NCBI RefSeq assembly: GCF_030144855.1
Contig: NC_082712.1
Span: forward strand, 172,360,001 to 172,424,000
DNA from: Hypanus sabinus
Taxonomy: Eukaryota
Direction: 5' to 3'
Length of the DNA stretch: 64,000 nt
Shown: positions 25,978 through 38,600 of the stretch, one piece after another
Layout: each line of letters starts with the position of its first letter
How positions within the stretch are numbered: the first letter of the stretch is position 1
The notes under the pieces: generated by a model
What the model was told of the DNA's origin: nothing
Database searches by the model: none
The model's input: only the letters and a program-made list of their open reading frames with translations
Program-made: the position numbers and the translations under genes

Positions 25978-26435
25978 CAAAAATACAACTGCAGATGTGG
26001 TGGATCAAAGAATACGCACACAACGCTGGAAGAACTCAGCAGGTCAGGCAGCATCCGTGAGAAAAGAGTAGCCAACATTTTGGGCCGAGACCCTTCATCA
26101 GGAACATTGAATTCTCCAATTTCTGGTAATTCCCTCCCCCTCCCCCTATCCCAGGTCCCTCTCTGCCTCTCTCCCCTTTCAACTTTCTGCTTCTTTATCT
26201 CTACAGTTCTTTCATGCTTATCCCCTCCCCCTCCCCTCCCCCCTTTATCTTTCCTCTGATTGGTTTTCCACCTAGCGCCTCTAGGCCCTACCCCCTCCCC
26301 TATCTCTAATACTGGACTTCATCCCTCTCTTCCCCCCCCATTTCCTGATGAAGGGTCTCGGCCCGAAACGTTGGCTACTCTTTTCTCACGGATGCTGTCT
26401 GACCTGCTGAGTTCTTCCAGCGTTGTGTACGTATT
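25978..26435. mobile_element. Penelope-like element insertion with inverted terminal-repeat arms and 13-bp TSD
   Basis: TSD CTGTTGGTAAGCT at 25965-25977 and 26436-26448. Inverted arms of ~96 bp at 26009-26104 and 26342-26437. Confidence 0.8.
26343..26374 (+). ncRNA. Minimal type I hammerhead ribozyme motif (Penelope-associated)
   Basis: CUGAUGA-A-[GGGU CUCG GCCC]-GAAA-C-GUU. Intact core boxes, 4-bp stem II, palindromic ACGU in place of stem III. Stem I is weak in this copy. Confidence 0.65.
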
Positions 26436-27059
26436 CTGTTGGTAAGCTGCCTTCTTGATAAACTACAGAATGTCTGGAATCGTTACTCCCACAATGTTGC
26501 CACAAGAGTTGAAGATGCTGGAATATGGAGCAACAAAACCATTGCCTGGAGGAACTCTGTGGATCGAGCAGAATCTGAAGGGGGGGGGGGGGGGTAAAGA
26601 AGAACTGTGGATCTGAAGTGTTGAAAATTGTGTTCACCTCCCACCACCACAGATGCTTTTTGACCCATGAGCTCCTGCAGCAGATTGTTTTTTATTCCCA
26701 CAATGTTGTTGAATCTAGATCCACTGACAATGAAGGAACATTGATACATTACTCATTCACTGCACTATAAACATTTTAAATTACTTTTTATAATGCTGTT
26801 TACATTGTAAATTCATGCTGGTATTTATTTATTTGTGAATTTTATTTCATATCTGTACTTTATTTTTTATGTCAACACACACAAAATGCTGGAAGAACTC
26901 AGCAGATATGGCAGCATCTATGGAAATGAATAAACAGTCGACATTTCGGCTGAGACCCTTCTGCAGGACTGGAAGGGAAAGGGAAAGATGCTCCTTCTCA
27001 CACAATTATTGAATGCTTTTTTTTTCATGTCACACCAACATACCACACAAAATTACTAA

Positions 27060-27461
27060 ATCTGGCACCCCAGATTTTTATAGGGTTTCTGATGTTATGG
27101 CCTCCACAGATCCCTGATCTCAACATCATCGAGGCTGCCTGGGATTACCTGGAGAGATGGAAGCAAGAGAGACAGCAAAAGTCTGCAGAAGAACTGTGGC
27201 AAGTTCTGAAAGATGTTTGGAACAACCTACCAACTGATTTTTTTCTAAAATTGCAGGACAGTGTGCCCAAGAGAATTGATGTAGTTTTAAAGGTAAACAT
27301 TAGTCACACCAGATACTGATTTTATTTAGTGTTTTTTTAACAGTTTGTTGCTTTTTGTAGTGAACTATTTGATATTTAGAATCTTTTCATTTCATTATTT
27401 CTGAAAGCATCTTTACAGAATTTTTTTTAACATGTAACTAAGATTTTTGCACAGAACTATA
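27060..27461 (+). mobile_element. Tc1 transposon remnant with transposase C-terminus and right TIR
   Basis: ORF 27092..27319 WPPQIPDLNIIEAAW (WPxxSPDLNPIE motif). Ends ctaagatttttgcacagaactata. Confidence 0.85.
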
Positions 27462-28139
27462 AATGACGTATAAAATTGACCTTTGATATATATCTCGTCC
27501 TCAGTTTAAAAAACGAATCTTGTCAAGAATATAATTATTGGGTATCAGCTCACACACATTTATCAAACACTCTCTGGTATGGTCTAGTAAAGGTAGCTGC
27601 AGAATTAAGCTCTCTTTGCCCTGACAATACACAGCAGCCATTGCCTCAGAACAGCAAGATATCAATCAGTTGCCATTGCCTGCAGAGTTTTAGCCCGAAG
27701 GGAATTTGTCACTTCAGGAGAGAAGTAAAGGGAGAAGCAATTTGATAAACAAGTAAGTTTAGTTTGGGAAACAAAAGCATCTCACAAGGAACTGGAACTC
27801 ACAAAGTTTACTATTAAAATCAAGTTTAAAAATTTATGTTTTTAAAAAAAGTTTTAAAAAACTGAATCATACAAATTTCACAAAGTAGAGAAGGCTAACC
27901 CATTTTGCCATGTATTTCTCCGCTTAGGCTGTGCACAGTAGTTAGTCCAGTGCTACACAAGTAGGTGGTGTAGGTTGTGAAAGGCTCTATATAAATGCAA
28001 ATCTTTCCTTATCATAGATTGATATGGTAGAAAGGCATATTAGAATTTGAAAATGGGAAGCTGAGTAACATCTGCTGCTGTGATTAGACAGCAAAAGCAA
28101 GAATGTGTATGTGTAGCTACACTAGTTTTGGCCTTCAGT

Positions 28140-28812
28140 TCCGACATTTGGGCCTTTGAGTGGAAAATCCTACAGAAAGTAGTGGATTTGGCAGAGTACA
28201 TCACAGGTAAAACCCTCCCCCACCATTGACCACATCTACATGAAACGTTGCCATAGAAAAGCAGCATCCATAATCAAAGGTCCTCACCATTCAGGCTACG
28301 TACTTTTCTCACTGCTGCCATCAGGTAAAAGGTACAGGAGCCTCAGGACTCGCACCACCGGGTTCAAAAAGTTACTACCCCTCAACCAGAATCAGAATTA
28401 TTATCACTGGCATGTGACGTGAAATTTGTTAATTTAATAGCAGCAGTTCAATGCAATACATATTATATAAGAAAATAATAAAATAATAACAATTAATAAA
28501 TAAGTAATTTTATTCAGTATATGTTATACAGTATACATATATTGAATAGATTAACAATCATACAAAAAACCACCAGGCTCTTGAATAAAAGGGGATAACT
28601 ACACTCATTAAGGACTCCTTTATCTTGTTAGTTCATGCTCCTTATTTACTGCTATTTATTTATATCTGTATTTGCACAGTTTGTTTAAAGTATACATATC
28701 CTGTTTACAGTTACTGTTCTATAGATATGATAAGTATACCCACACAAAAAATCTCAGGGTTGTATGTGGTGACATGTATGTACTCTGATAATAAATTTTA
28801 CTTTGAACTTTG
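28140..28812 (+). mobile_element. Rex1/Babar-type LINE 3' fragment with an inverted insert (~28388-28570)
   Basis: RKAASIIKGPHHSG..LFSLLPSGKRYRSLRTRTT, tail actttgaactttg. Confidence 0.75.
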
Positions 28813-29859
28813 ATTTGATCAACAGTTGAAAGAGAATTTTAAGGGGCTGGAATTAGAGATAAGATCCTGCACTTGAGCAAAGGGCATGGGGAATGGGGAA
28901 AAAAATTATAAACAGAATATATATACACATGAGAAATGTCTTTTTCAATTTTAATCCCTACCATCTCTGATACTACTTAAGTGCATGTACTGAAATTCTA
29001 CTGTGCACTGCTTTAGAGAACTGGGTGATTTTGTATTTACTTTTGCTAATAAACTTTAAATCCTAGTAATTTACTTCAAAACTATTGCTCTGCTCTTACC
29101 TCTTCTGTTTGTTCCCTTTCCTATTTGCAACTGTTTTTTCTAACTCTCCCATAATCTTCTGACTCATTCTGATCTCTTGTTCTTTGCTTTTGGATAAATT
29201 TGTAGCACTCTGTTCAGGAAGGCATATGTGCATTCTAACTACTAATGAATGGACGATAACATAAGAAAAAGATATGGAGAACAAGTGCATTTAAAGGAAG
29301 AATACTCCTCCATCACTTATAGGTGAAAGAGAATGAGAAAGGAGTTGCTATGATTTGATACAATTCCACTACCCTCCCCTTTCTGGTTAAGGTTGTGGTG
29401 TAGGCAGCTCAACCTTCGTTATATCAGAATCTTGAATAATATTAATGTACTAACTATTCTGTAATTGGAAAATTCACAATGCATATGTCAGAGCTAAATA
29501 CCCCAGTTTACATTATAGAATTAAGAGAAAGGCAAAATACCGTGGTTCTAATCCAACAAAAATGTGTCAAATTTATCTTGGATACTTAGAACCATAGTAG
29601 TGTGTGTGTGTATTTGTGTAAACAAGCTTGCGAGAAGGAGTTATGGAGCAATGTAATATATGAATGAGAGAGTGTTTGTACGCTCTATTTGTGGTATCAC
29701 AAATTCTTATCCACACCTCCTCAGGTAACTACCAGACAATGTGCTAAGATAATGCATATCCTTTCATAGCTCCAGGCACTTTAAATGATACATCAATAAA
29801 GCAAACAAGCTCTCTCTCAAACACACCCAACAGGTTCAATAGGGGTCTAAATATAAAAT

Positions 29860-30070
29860 GTTAATATGGCAAATATAGTGACTGATAGAAGTAATCAGAT
29901 TACTACTTAAGAACAAAGCTGTGGTTAGGGCATAATTTTCTGATCTAATTTCAGCTAAAATTCTTTACTAGATTCCATCTAGAATTTGTATGGTTATGAT
30001 AAATTCATGTACCAATTAAATCTGCATTAATGTGATAATGACTACTTTGTCAAACTGGGTCAGTAGCTTC
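29860..30070. promoter_or_regulatory. Candidate retinal-type enhancer with a P3 homeodomain palindrome
   Basis: AGTAATCAGATTACT at 29890-29904, adjacent AACAAAG and further TAAT cores. Confidence 0.45.
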
Positions 30071-31659
30071 CAGGTTCTGATCTGTTTAAAGTCAGTTGGA
30101 GTGTGTAAGGAGACACAAGTTAGGCACGTCCATAGCAGCCTAAGGGAAAGTCATTGGGATGTTTTTCTTGTTCACATCAACACTAGTTCTGCTGTAGGCT
30201 GCTCTTAAAATGGAAACATAGTGACATTACCAAGTGTCAACTAAACATAAAAGTGACAGACAATTAGGCAATCAGGGCAGGAGGAGTTCCAAAGGTGTTA
30301 GAACAGAACAATATAGTTTTGGCCCACAATGTTGTGCCGACCTTTTAACCTACTCTTAAAATCAATCCAACCCTTTCCTCCTACATAACTCTCCATTTTT
30401 CTACCATCCACATGCCTATCTAAGAGAGTCTTAAATAACCCTAATGTATCTGCCTCTATCCACTATCATTCAATGCACTCACCACTTTCTTCCAAATCAT
30501 CTTAAAATTAAAAATGTGTTCTGTACCATTTTCAGAACAATCGTAACAGAAATGTGATAGGGTGAATCCTGATTATCTCATCTCAAATGTAGCAACAACC
30601 TATTACTTCACTATTACAAACAATGCAAAAATGTTTTAGATAGCTGTTTAGCTTACCTAATTGGGAATGTTTGAGTAAGTGTCTAGCTGTATTGGCATCC
30701 TTTGGTCAACCATCAGAAAATCAAAGGCAATTGGCATAACTTAACTGAAACTTTAATGCCGCATGATTGTGTTGTGTAAGCTCGTTTTGTGTGAGGGGCA
30801 TTGCAGTTTAGCAGAGAGATTAACGGTCAGACCAAAAGTTGGCCTCCAAACCTTGCCCTGCTGATGCCTCAAGCCCTTTGAAGTCTGACCATCATACCTG
30901 GCAAAGCAGCAGTGGGAACTGGGCTGGTGTCAGTTCCAATCACATAGCCTGCCTCAGCATGGCTAACTACAGGGTGCACTAATTGGCCCAATTGCGGATT
31001 ATACCTTTTGCTACAGATTCAAGACAATAATTTAGTCAAATGATGGTTTTTATCTCCTCCTAATTAAGATTCCAAAGTGGAAAGGAATAGGATTAGACAG
31101 ACAGACTTTTTTGTTGTTTTTTTTCCTTCAGTCTTTTAATGTTTAGTTCAACATTTCATCCTCCGTTTAATAAACTTACAAAAACTTTACTCCAATCATG
31201 CAAATACAGTGCTAGCATAATCCCTTAATAACCCTATGTGTATTAAAACAGCAGTCTGAAACAGAAACTTGTGGAATAAACTAGTTTGCACATTAGTCTT
31301 GAGAAATTACAGAGTGCAAGCTCATTAGTCAATAAGTGGGCCTCCTGGTAATGTGCCTTTCATGGATGTGATGGAATGTATGGAAAGAGGTAATGTATAG
31401 GTCTCTGAAGTCAAACTGGCACCTTCCTTTGTAAATTGTACTTCTGCACAAAATATGGTAGTATGTTAAAGATTCACAGGAGCATGGAGCTAGAATTGCT
31501 GTTTGAAATGCTTCACCCAATAATTTCACATAAATAAAAATACATTATTTGGTGGCCTTTGCATTGCTACTGGGGGCGGGGAGGGCTTGCTGAGCACAAA
31601 ATAACTGCAATGTTTTCTATGCTACAAAGTGATTAGTATTCAATACCTTGCCATGGGGG

Positions 31660-32120
31660 TTTATCTGCCATGCCAGGACATATATACAGAAAGGTGTCGG
31701 AAAAGAGCCAGTAACATCATGGAGGATCCCACCCACTCTGCTCATGGACTGTTTGTCCCACTTACATCAGGAAGGAGGCTACATAGCATCCATGCCAGGA
31801 CCACCAGGCTCAAAAACAGTTACTTTCTACAAGCAGGAAGGCTGATCAAATACCTCCATCCACTAACTTACCCCTCCACACTCCCAACCACCACTACTTT
31901 ATCATTTCCTGTCAGTCACCTTATGCACAGACATTCCAGTGCCTAGCGTCAATTTATGAACATACAATCAATTTATGTATCCAAATTCACTTGTATATTT
32001 ATATTTATTATGCTTTGATTATTATTGTGTACTTTATCTTTAGTTTTTTTGTGCTGTATCGGATCTGGAGTAACAATTATTTCATTCTCCTTTACACTTG
32101 TGTACAGGAAATGACATTAA
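31660..32120 (+). mobile_element. Rex1/Babar-type LINE 3' fragment
   Basis: DIYTERCRKRASNIMEDPTH...SGRRL...RTTRLKNSYF. Confidence 0.8.
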
Positions 32121-32859
32121 ACATTAAATAAATGAATAGAATAATTAGTGCATCAGCAAATGACATTTGTGTACTCTGAGGGAACCATTTTGGTATTTGG
32201 CTTTATTTAATATAGTCTGCCATCTGCCTGAAAGACTTGCATCGGCGGAGATTCATGTATAAACGTTCATAAAAACAATCCCAATGAAATTAAGTATTTG
32301 CTTTTAAATATCACCTTCAAATATTTGCTTTTTCTTCTAGTGAACGTCAGTATGTTCTTACATTTTTATTGCTGAGAATGAAATATCTCCATTGAAAGTA
32401 ACTTGGGAGAAGAGTGGCAGAATGGCTGATTAACTTGCACTCAGCAAAATTTCTGATTTATGCTGAGGAAGGCTGATCATCTGTTCAGCTGATTGCTTTA
32501 TGTCATATTTGCTTTTGTCCTACCAAAATTATTGAGGCAATCATAAAATCAGGGGTCTGAAGAAAATTTCATGAGTTTGAATAACTTTTACTCAAACTTA
32601 AGTGGCCAATAAACCTGAATTTAAGCCGCTGATAAAGATTCAATAATGTTTGTAAATCAGAATGTACGATAAGCAGCTCTTTAGATATTCAGCTATTATA
32701 GCTCAAATATAATAGTGTGATTTGAACTCTATGATTCTGTACATTACCTAGAATGAGGTAGAAGATTGCAAGTTAGAGCTTTAAAAATCTTCTTTTTGTG
32801 CATGTTGTTATACATGAAACATAACTCTTTAAGAACCTTAATTATGTGGAAAATTGCTT

Positions 32860-33140
32860 TCAATTACATTGATGTGTTAACAAGGAATCACGGGGCTATT
32901 CCTAACAGCCGCTTAACTTTACGACTTCATCGTGGGTTGCTAAGTGGGTATAACAGGGGAGTATCCCAATCAAAACATCTACAGCATTGCTCCCAAGATG
33001 ACCCAATCAAACAATTGGCCACCCGATTAACTATTAACTATTCTCAGCGCAATTAAATAATGAAGATCACTGATAACCATTAATTAAGAAAAAGACATCT
33101 TAATCGTCAGTGGACTGCATCTTTAATGATTAATAGGTTT
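32860..33140. promoter_or_regulatory. Candidate conserved enhancer, homeodomain-site rich
   Basis: TTAATTAA at 33080, TTAATGATTAA at 33123, several other TAAT/ATTA cores, about 7 CpGs. Confidence 0.45.
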
Positions 33141-34472
33141 TTTTAAAAGGGTGCATCGGGTAGTTTTAGGGGTGGGGGTGTAGAAAGCAAAAAAAAAGGA
33201 TAGAAAATCTTAAGAAGAAAAAGAGGGATGGTGACAACAGTTGCCTTATCGAGTGGTTAGTCAAGAGGCCAGAGGGTCATGGAAGGGCCACAGTGGTCAC
33301 TCCAGGGTGAAGTACCAAACACCAAAGTAATGCCAACCCAAATTGACCAGCAGCTAGTGAATAAGACAAAATATGCTAATTTATTTGTGCTGAATTCCCT
33401 TGTATAAGCTGAAATAGCCAAGACAAGTGGCCTGCTTAAATGCTTTCCACTTGACAGGAGATTAAATAATATGGTTTGTCAGGGCTGCCCACTTATTTTA
33501 TCTCCAGTGAAGACACTACACAAGGACTGGAGAAGAAATAATTATCACATCACAAAAAGCCACTCCTCAAATATGCACTCACCTTTTCATGCTTAGTTAA
33601 TTAATACTTCAGCCTTAATTGGTTAACAGTTGTATTCATTTGCTATTTAGTAACACAGGAAAAAGGGAATGGGTTCAATTCAGTCTCAACACATCAGATT
33701 ATAAATACCACAAATATCTTAGATCACTGAGGAAGTTTGAATCTGGTAGAACATTAACCACTATAATCATTTTAGAAAAAAATTCCCAGACTAGTGATAT
33801 TTGCTTAATAAAGCAAAGGAAATAATTGCTGGAGTGGCCATTACCATTGTAGTGATGTTTAATACTGATAATATATCCACAGTATATTACAATTTTCAAT
33901 TAACTCACTAACACATGTTAAAGTATTTTCTAAAACCAGTAATGTGCTAGTTGATGAAAGCCTATGATCTGTAGTAGCAATTGGAGACAATGTTGAACAG
34001 TTAGTACTACATTGAGATTCCCATTATTTCCATTCATTGCAACATATGCTGGGAACCGCAAGTGATGAATACCAAAATTATTAATGATGCCCAACCGTAT
34101 TTTGTTACAAAGCTATTTTAATTCAGATCTACCACAATGAGATGGAATCAAGTACCAGCAGATCTAAGCAATTAATTTGACAAATGATCATAGACTTAAT
34201 GCTGCACAGCTTTGCGTTGCAGTTTATTCTGGATAGTTACAGAGTCTTGATCCATAAAATGAAAATGTAGCAAAGAATTATTTGCCCTCCCCCACCCACC
34301 ACAAACACTTCCTCATTTTGGAGGCAAAACTGGAAAGATGATAGCTTGTATGAAAAATAACTGTCTACACGGCCACATATAAGGCATATCTCATTAAATT
34401 ATTAACTTACAAAACAGCATACTCTTTTGCAGTATTAAGTGGAGCATTAAAACAAACCTCAGTGTTTCCTAC

Positions 34473-34579
34473 CTCAATAGTGAACAATTTTCGTTTCAAT
34501 TTGAATGCAAGGTCCTTTGTATCAGGCACATCAGAGATTAAACAATTAAGCCGAGGAAGCTGACGAACATGGAATAAAC
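34473..34579 (-). CDS. ELP4: ELP4 internal coding exon (human exon 9 equivalent), 107 bp
   Basis: tctttcttaag|GT TTA TTC CAT...ATT GAG|gtagga encodes (G)[35 protein letters not shown], with the conserved [14 protein letters not shown] motif. Phase fits the previous exon. Confidence 0.96.
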
Positions 34580-35573
34580 CTTAAGAAAGATTTAAATTAA
34601 AACAAAATGCTATCATGCAGCTGCATAAATTAAACATGCTGATAGCAGAACTCTCCACAATTACATTCCTCACTGTCCCTTTTTAAACCAGGGATCGCCA
34701 TCAGAAGCAATGAAGCAAACAGTGTGATTATGCTCAAGTAATCAAGCAGAATAAGATAAACAAAAATCCTTGTCCAAGTAAAACTAATTACATTTAGGTG
34801 CAGATATGGAGACATCAACAAAAGTAGTTCTGATAGAGGCCCAGTTGAGGTATTTTCCCTTATATTTACAGTAAGTAAATGTGGCTATCACCTTGCTTTG
34901 CCGCCCAAAAACTGAATGATCTGTATTTTATTAAATGCATCAGTAATCAGCTAGCAAAAACATGGCTTAAGGGTTGGAATGGCTACAGCGTTTATAAAAG
35001 AAATGTATTTTGAGGTTTTAGCCATTAGCAGTTTGTCACATGCTGTTGTAGTAAACAGCCTTTAAAAAGGGCATAAAATCAGAATGGATGTGTAAAATAA
35101 ATGAATATTTTGAAATGAAGCTCATTTATGACTGTTAGGAACTGGTGTAGACACGAGGTCTGCTTTTAGCTTCGAGCACTGTGAGCTCAAATCTAAGCTG
35201 ATCTTTTGTGACAGCAACATTGGCTGAGTTGGTGAAGTCTCGTCATGGTATCGGGAATTGGTAAGCTCACTGGCCGAGTGGCTGCCTCTGCATGAGTATT
35301 CCCAAAAGCCTGCCTACAATGATGCACATCTGATTGAGCACTGTCTTGGTAATTTGGCTTGACAACATGCGAGTAGTTGCCATGTTACTTTCACAGTCCT
35401 AATGCACAGTAAAAGATAAACAGTCTGACCAATAGATTGCTACACTGGGAGACAGTCAAAATGCAGATTCTGAAATGAAATCAATTACTACCTTATGGCA
35501 GATAAACTAATTAAAGAGCAAACTGCTAAATATCTATAAATCACTTGGGTACTTTGGTCACAATTAGACTTAC

Positions 35574-35682
35574 CGTGATAGTCCTTGTAGATTGGATTGG
35601 TTTCCCTCTCAGAAGCATTAAATGATTCAAGGCCAATCACAGTATCTGATAATTTTGCCACACGGCCTATAACTGCTTTGTT
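35574..35682 (-). CDS. ELP4: ELP4 internal coding exon (human exon 8 equivalent), 109 bp
   Basis: ctacag|AAC AAA GCA...TAT CAC G|gtaagt encodes [36 protein letters not shown] plus G. Phase 0 in, phase 1 out. Confidence 0.96.
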
Positions 35683-38600
35683 CTGTAGAGCATAGAAGAA
35701 AATAGCTTTAAACGACTAGAAAAAGGAAAACAGAATCGTTTAGTATATTAGCAGAAAAATAAATCAGGATAACTTAAACCTGTATTAACGATCAGCTAGT
35801 TCTCAAATTAATCTTTGTTAATATTAGGTTTCTATAGAAAAAACAGTTTGGTTATAAATATGCACAAAGTTGATTTTATGAAGTAATGAAATCATGTGCA
35901 CATCTAGGTTTACTTTGCATTTAGAGATTTCAATAATGTTAAAAGTCACACAACTGATGTTAGAATTTTTTTGCATTGGTAGCTTTCATTAAGTGGATTT
36001 TTATAGACAGCATAATGCTTTCTTTCATGTCAATTCATCTGCTGTACACAAATTGTAAACTGGAAACAGCTTCAAAGCTGCAAAGTCATTGCCCTTCCAT
36101 CGTTTCTTGATGCATTTTAAGAAAAAGACAACAAAGCATGCGATGTGTCTTGCATTAAATTATTACTGTTTAGGATGGACTGCAATTGCAGCATTGTCTC
36201 TAAAGATCTTCATATTTACATAATATTATTAGATCTCCTGTTAAAAATTTACAAATAATTGCAGCCTCTATCAAAACTGATCTCTTAAATAAAGTCTAAC
36301 TTATTTTTGCAGGATTCACTTTATTTTCTTTCTTACCTTGTCCTTTTAGTTCTAAGTCATGCTCGCTTTTACCTAGTAAAGCTGACTGCATTTTGGGATA
36401 CTTTATATATTCTGGATTTTGCTAATTTTTCCTCAATTTTTATGCTATTTCCATTTCCATTTTTTTTTTGTTTTGGCAGGATTTGATTTTAAACACTGTA
36501 TTTTGAGCTGATGTTAGCTCAGGGTGGGTGAGCAGGGGAATGAGAGAACTAAATGGACATGGGTATGACTAAGGCTGGGCTAGAGGTAGCAGCAGTGCTG
36601 GCAATCAGTACTGAGGTGCCTCATGTGCAAAATATATATTGGTAGGCAAGACCCAGCTGAAGGCTGAGAGCTCCAGGAATACAGCAGAAGGCAAGCTTAA
36701 AGTCCCCGAGAGAGGGGAGGCCTGCACAGGAAAAAGCTGTTGGAGGTATTGAAATATTATTCATTAGGTCAATTTACAGAAAAAATAGGTCTAACGTGGT
36801 TAAAAAAGTAATAACAATTTAGGACCATATTTTCAGCGTAAAAACATTAAAGAAGGTATGTGCAATATGCATTTTTCCATATAGGTGATTAAAACAAACA
36901 AAAAAAGAAAAATAAAGTCAGTGTTATTTAGTATATATTTTTCAAAATAATTAAATGTTTCGTGTTGATTCATAAAGACAATTTTTTTTCATGGTTTTAA
37001 ATTATTCTGTTGTGGATAAATGGTTCTTGGTAAAAAATTGGTTTTGGCTCATTTTTTCAGTTTCATGATTACCGAGTATGTAATAAAATCACAAATTTTT
37101 ATTTTGTATACTCTGAGCATAATGTTAGCACATACAAAATGTTTTTAGATGTGAATTATAGGCTTTTACATTAGGGAGGCAGTGTTTCAGCTACATTAAG
37201 CTGCAGACCTGTACAAATTCACTTCATTTGCAAAGATAGGTTGAAGCTACATGTGAATTATTACGGGAAAAGAGACATACAGATTGATTTAAAAATTTGT
37301 AAAATGATCAACTTGCAATATATATAATTCCACTCAATGAATCACCATCCTGTTTACCACAGAATACTTTGCCATCTTTCGTAATAAGTTCAAGTTGAAA
37401 GGTAGCACATTTTAAGATGATATGTATTTACGCTTTATTCTGGATCATGTGAGAAGGAACAGAAATAATTCTGGGATGACATATGATGTTACAAATGAAA
37501 TTCATTGTTTGAAAGGTTAGCCAAAATGTTGACTTAGGAAAAAGGAAATAAATTTCCTGAGTGCTGCCAAAAATAGTAGGGAATCAATAAATGGGTAACA
37601 TTCAGGGAGTTGCATAAGCATTGAAAATAGAATACAACTTCATACAAAGATTTAAATAAATCAGTAATTTGTACCAATGATTCACAATTCATAAATCAGT
37701 AAAAGAAAATCTGTGAATCCTATGTATCTATGATACTCTTCAAGTAGTAAATATCTAGGTGATCTGCACTTTCAAAATCATTATGCCAATATTATTCAGC
37801 TTCAAGGGATTAAGACGGGGGGGGGGGGGCAGAATTAGGCCATTCAGCCCATTGTTTACTCTTGAAACGAAATACCTGCATCATTTCGGCCAACCTTTCA
37901 AATAAATGAATTTCTTTTCCAACATCAAATGACATCCCATAATTATTTCTGGCCCTTGTAGTATAAAATGTTATTCATTTATAGAAGTATATTTATTATA
38001 CATAAATCTATTCAATAACTGATTATGAAAAAGGTATAATTCATTTTTTAAGTCAGTACTTTTAAAATCTACTGACTGAATAAATCTATGACTCATTTCA
38101 TAACATTGCCTATTCTTGCAGTACTGACCAGTAATTTGTTTTATAGCTAGTCTCGCACAGACTGTGGAAAAGTTCCTTGGCATACAATGTTATTAAGCTA
38201 TGTGAAATGACTTAACAAGAGAGTAGCTGACGATCACATCTTTAATTTAATGTCAATTCCCCATGTTACCAAGATCGTAGGGAATAAATGTAACATTACC
38301 ATCAAGATAGCACCATCATTGTGCAACTCTAAATGCACCATGGGTCAATAAACAGAGAAAACAATTGTTTATATTCTGTAAACTTATAAAACACAATTAT
38401 TTAAATCCTGTAAACTCAAGACTTCTAAAACAAAACAGGGAAGGGAAGGGGGAGATGAAAATGTTTGGCCTAATTCTGCTCCCTGTCATAAGCAAGTAAA
38501 TACACAAAAGCTGTTCAAAATATAGGAGGCAATAAAAACAGCTGACTCCTGTAATGAAGGTGCTGGCTACAGATACTGAAACTTCCAAATGAGCTTATAC

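Larger units (their letters stand above)
1..34472 (-). other. ELP4: 5' part of the large last ELP4 intron (expected to hold PAX6 long-range enhancers)
   Basis: Follows the donor at 34472. I did not find the terminal exon (RLHLPP...) in the window. PAX6-ELP4 tail-to-tail synteny is established knowledge. Confidence 0.8.

Noticed and set aside
29096-29290. Cryptic exon ending at GAG|GTAAGA
   Set aside because: No convincing acceptor and no similarity to the ELP4 terminal exon.
30651-30680. Recursive splice site AG|GTAAG on the ELP4 strand
   Set aside because: The pyrimidine tract is weak, and the motif is expected by chance in 34 kb.
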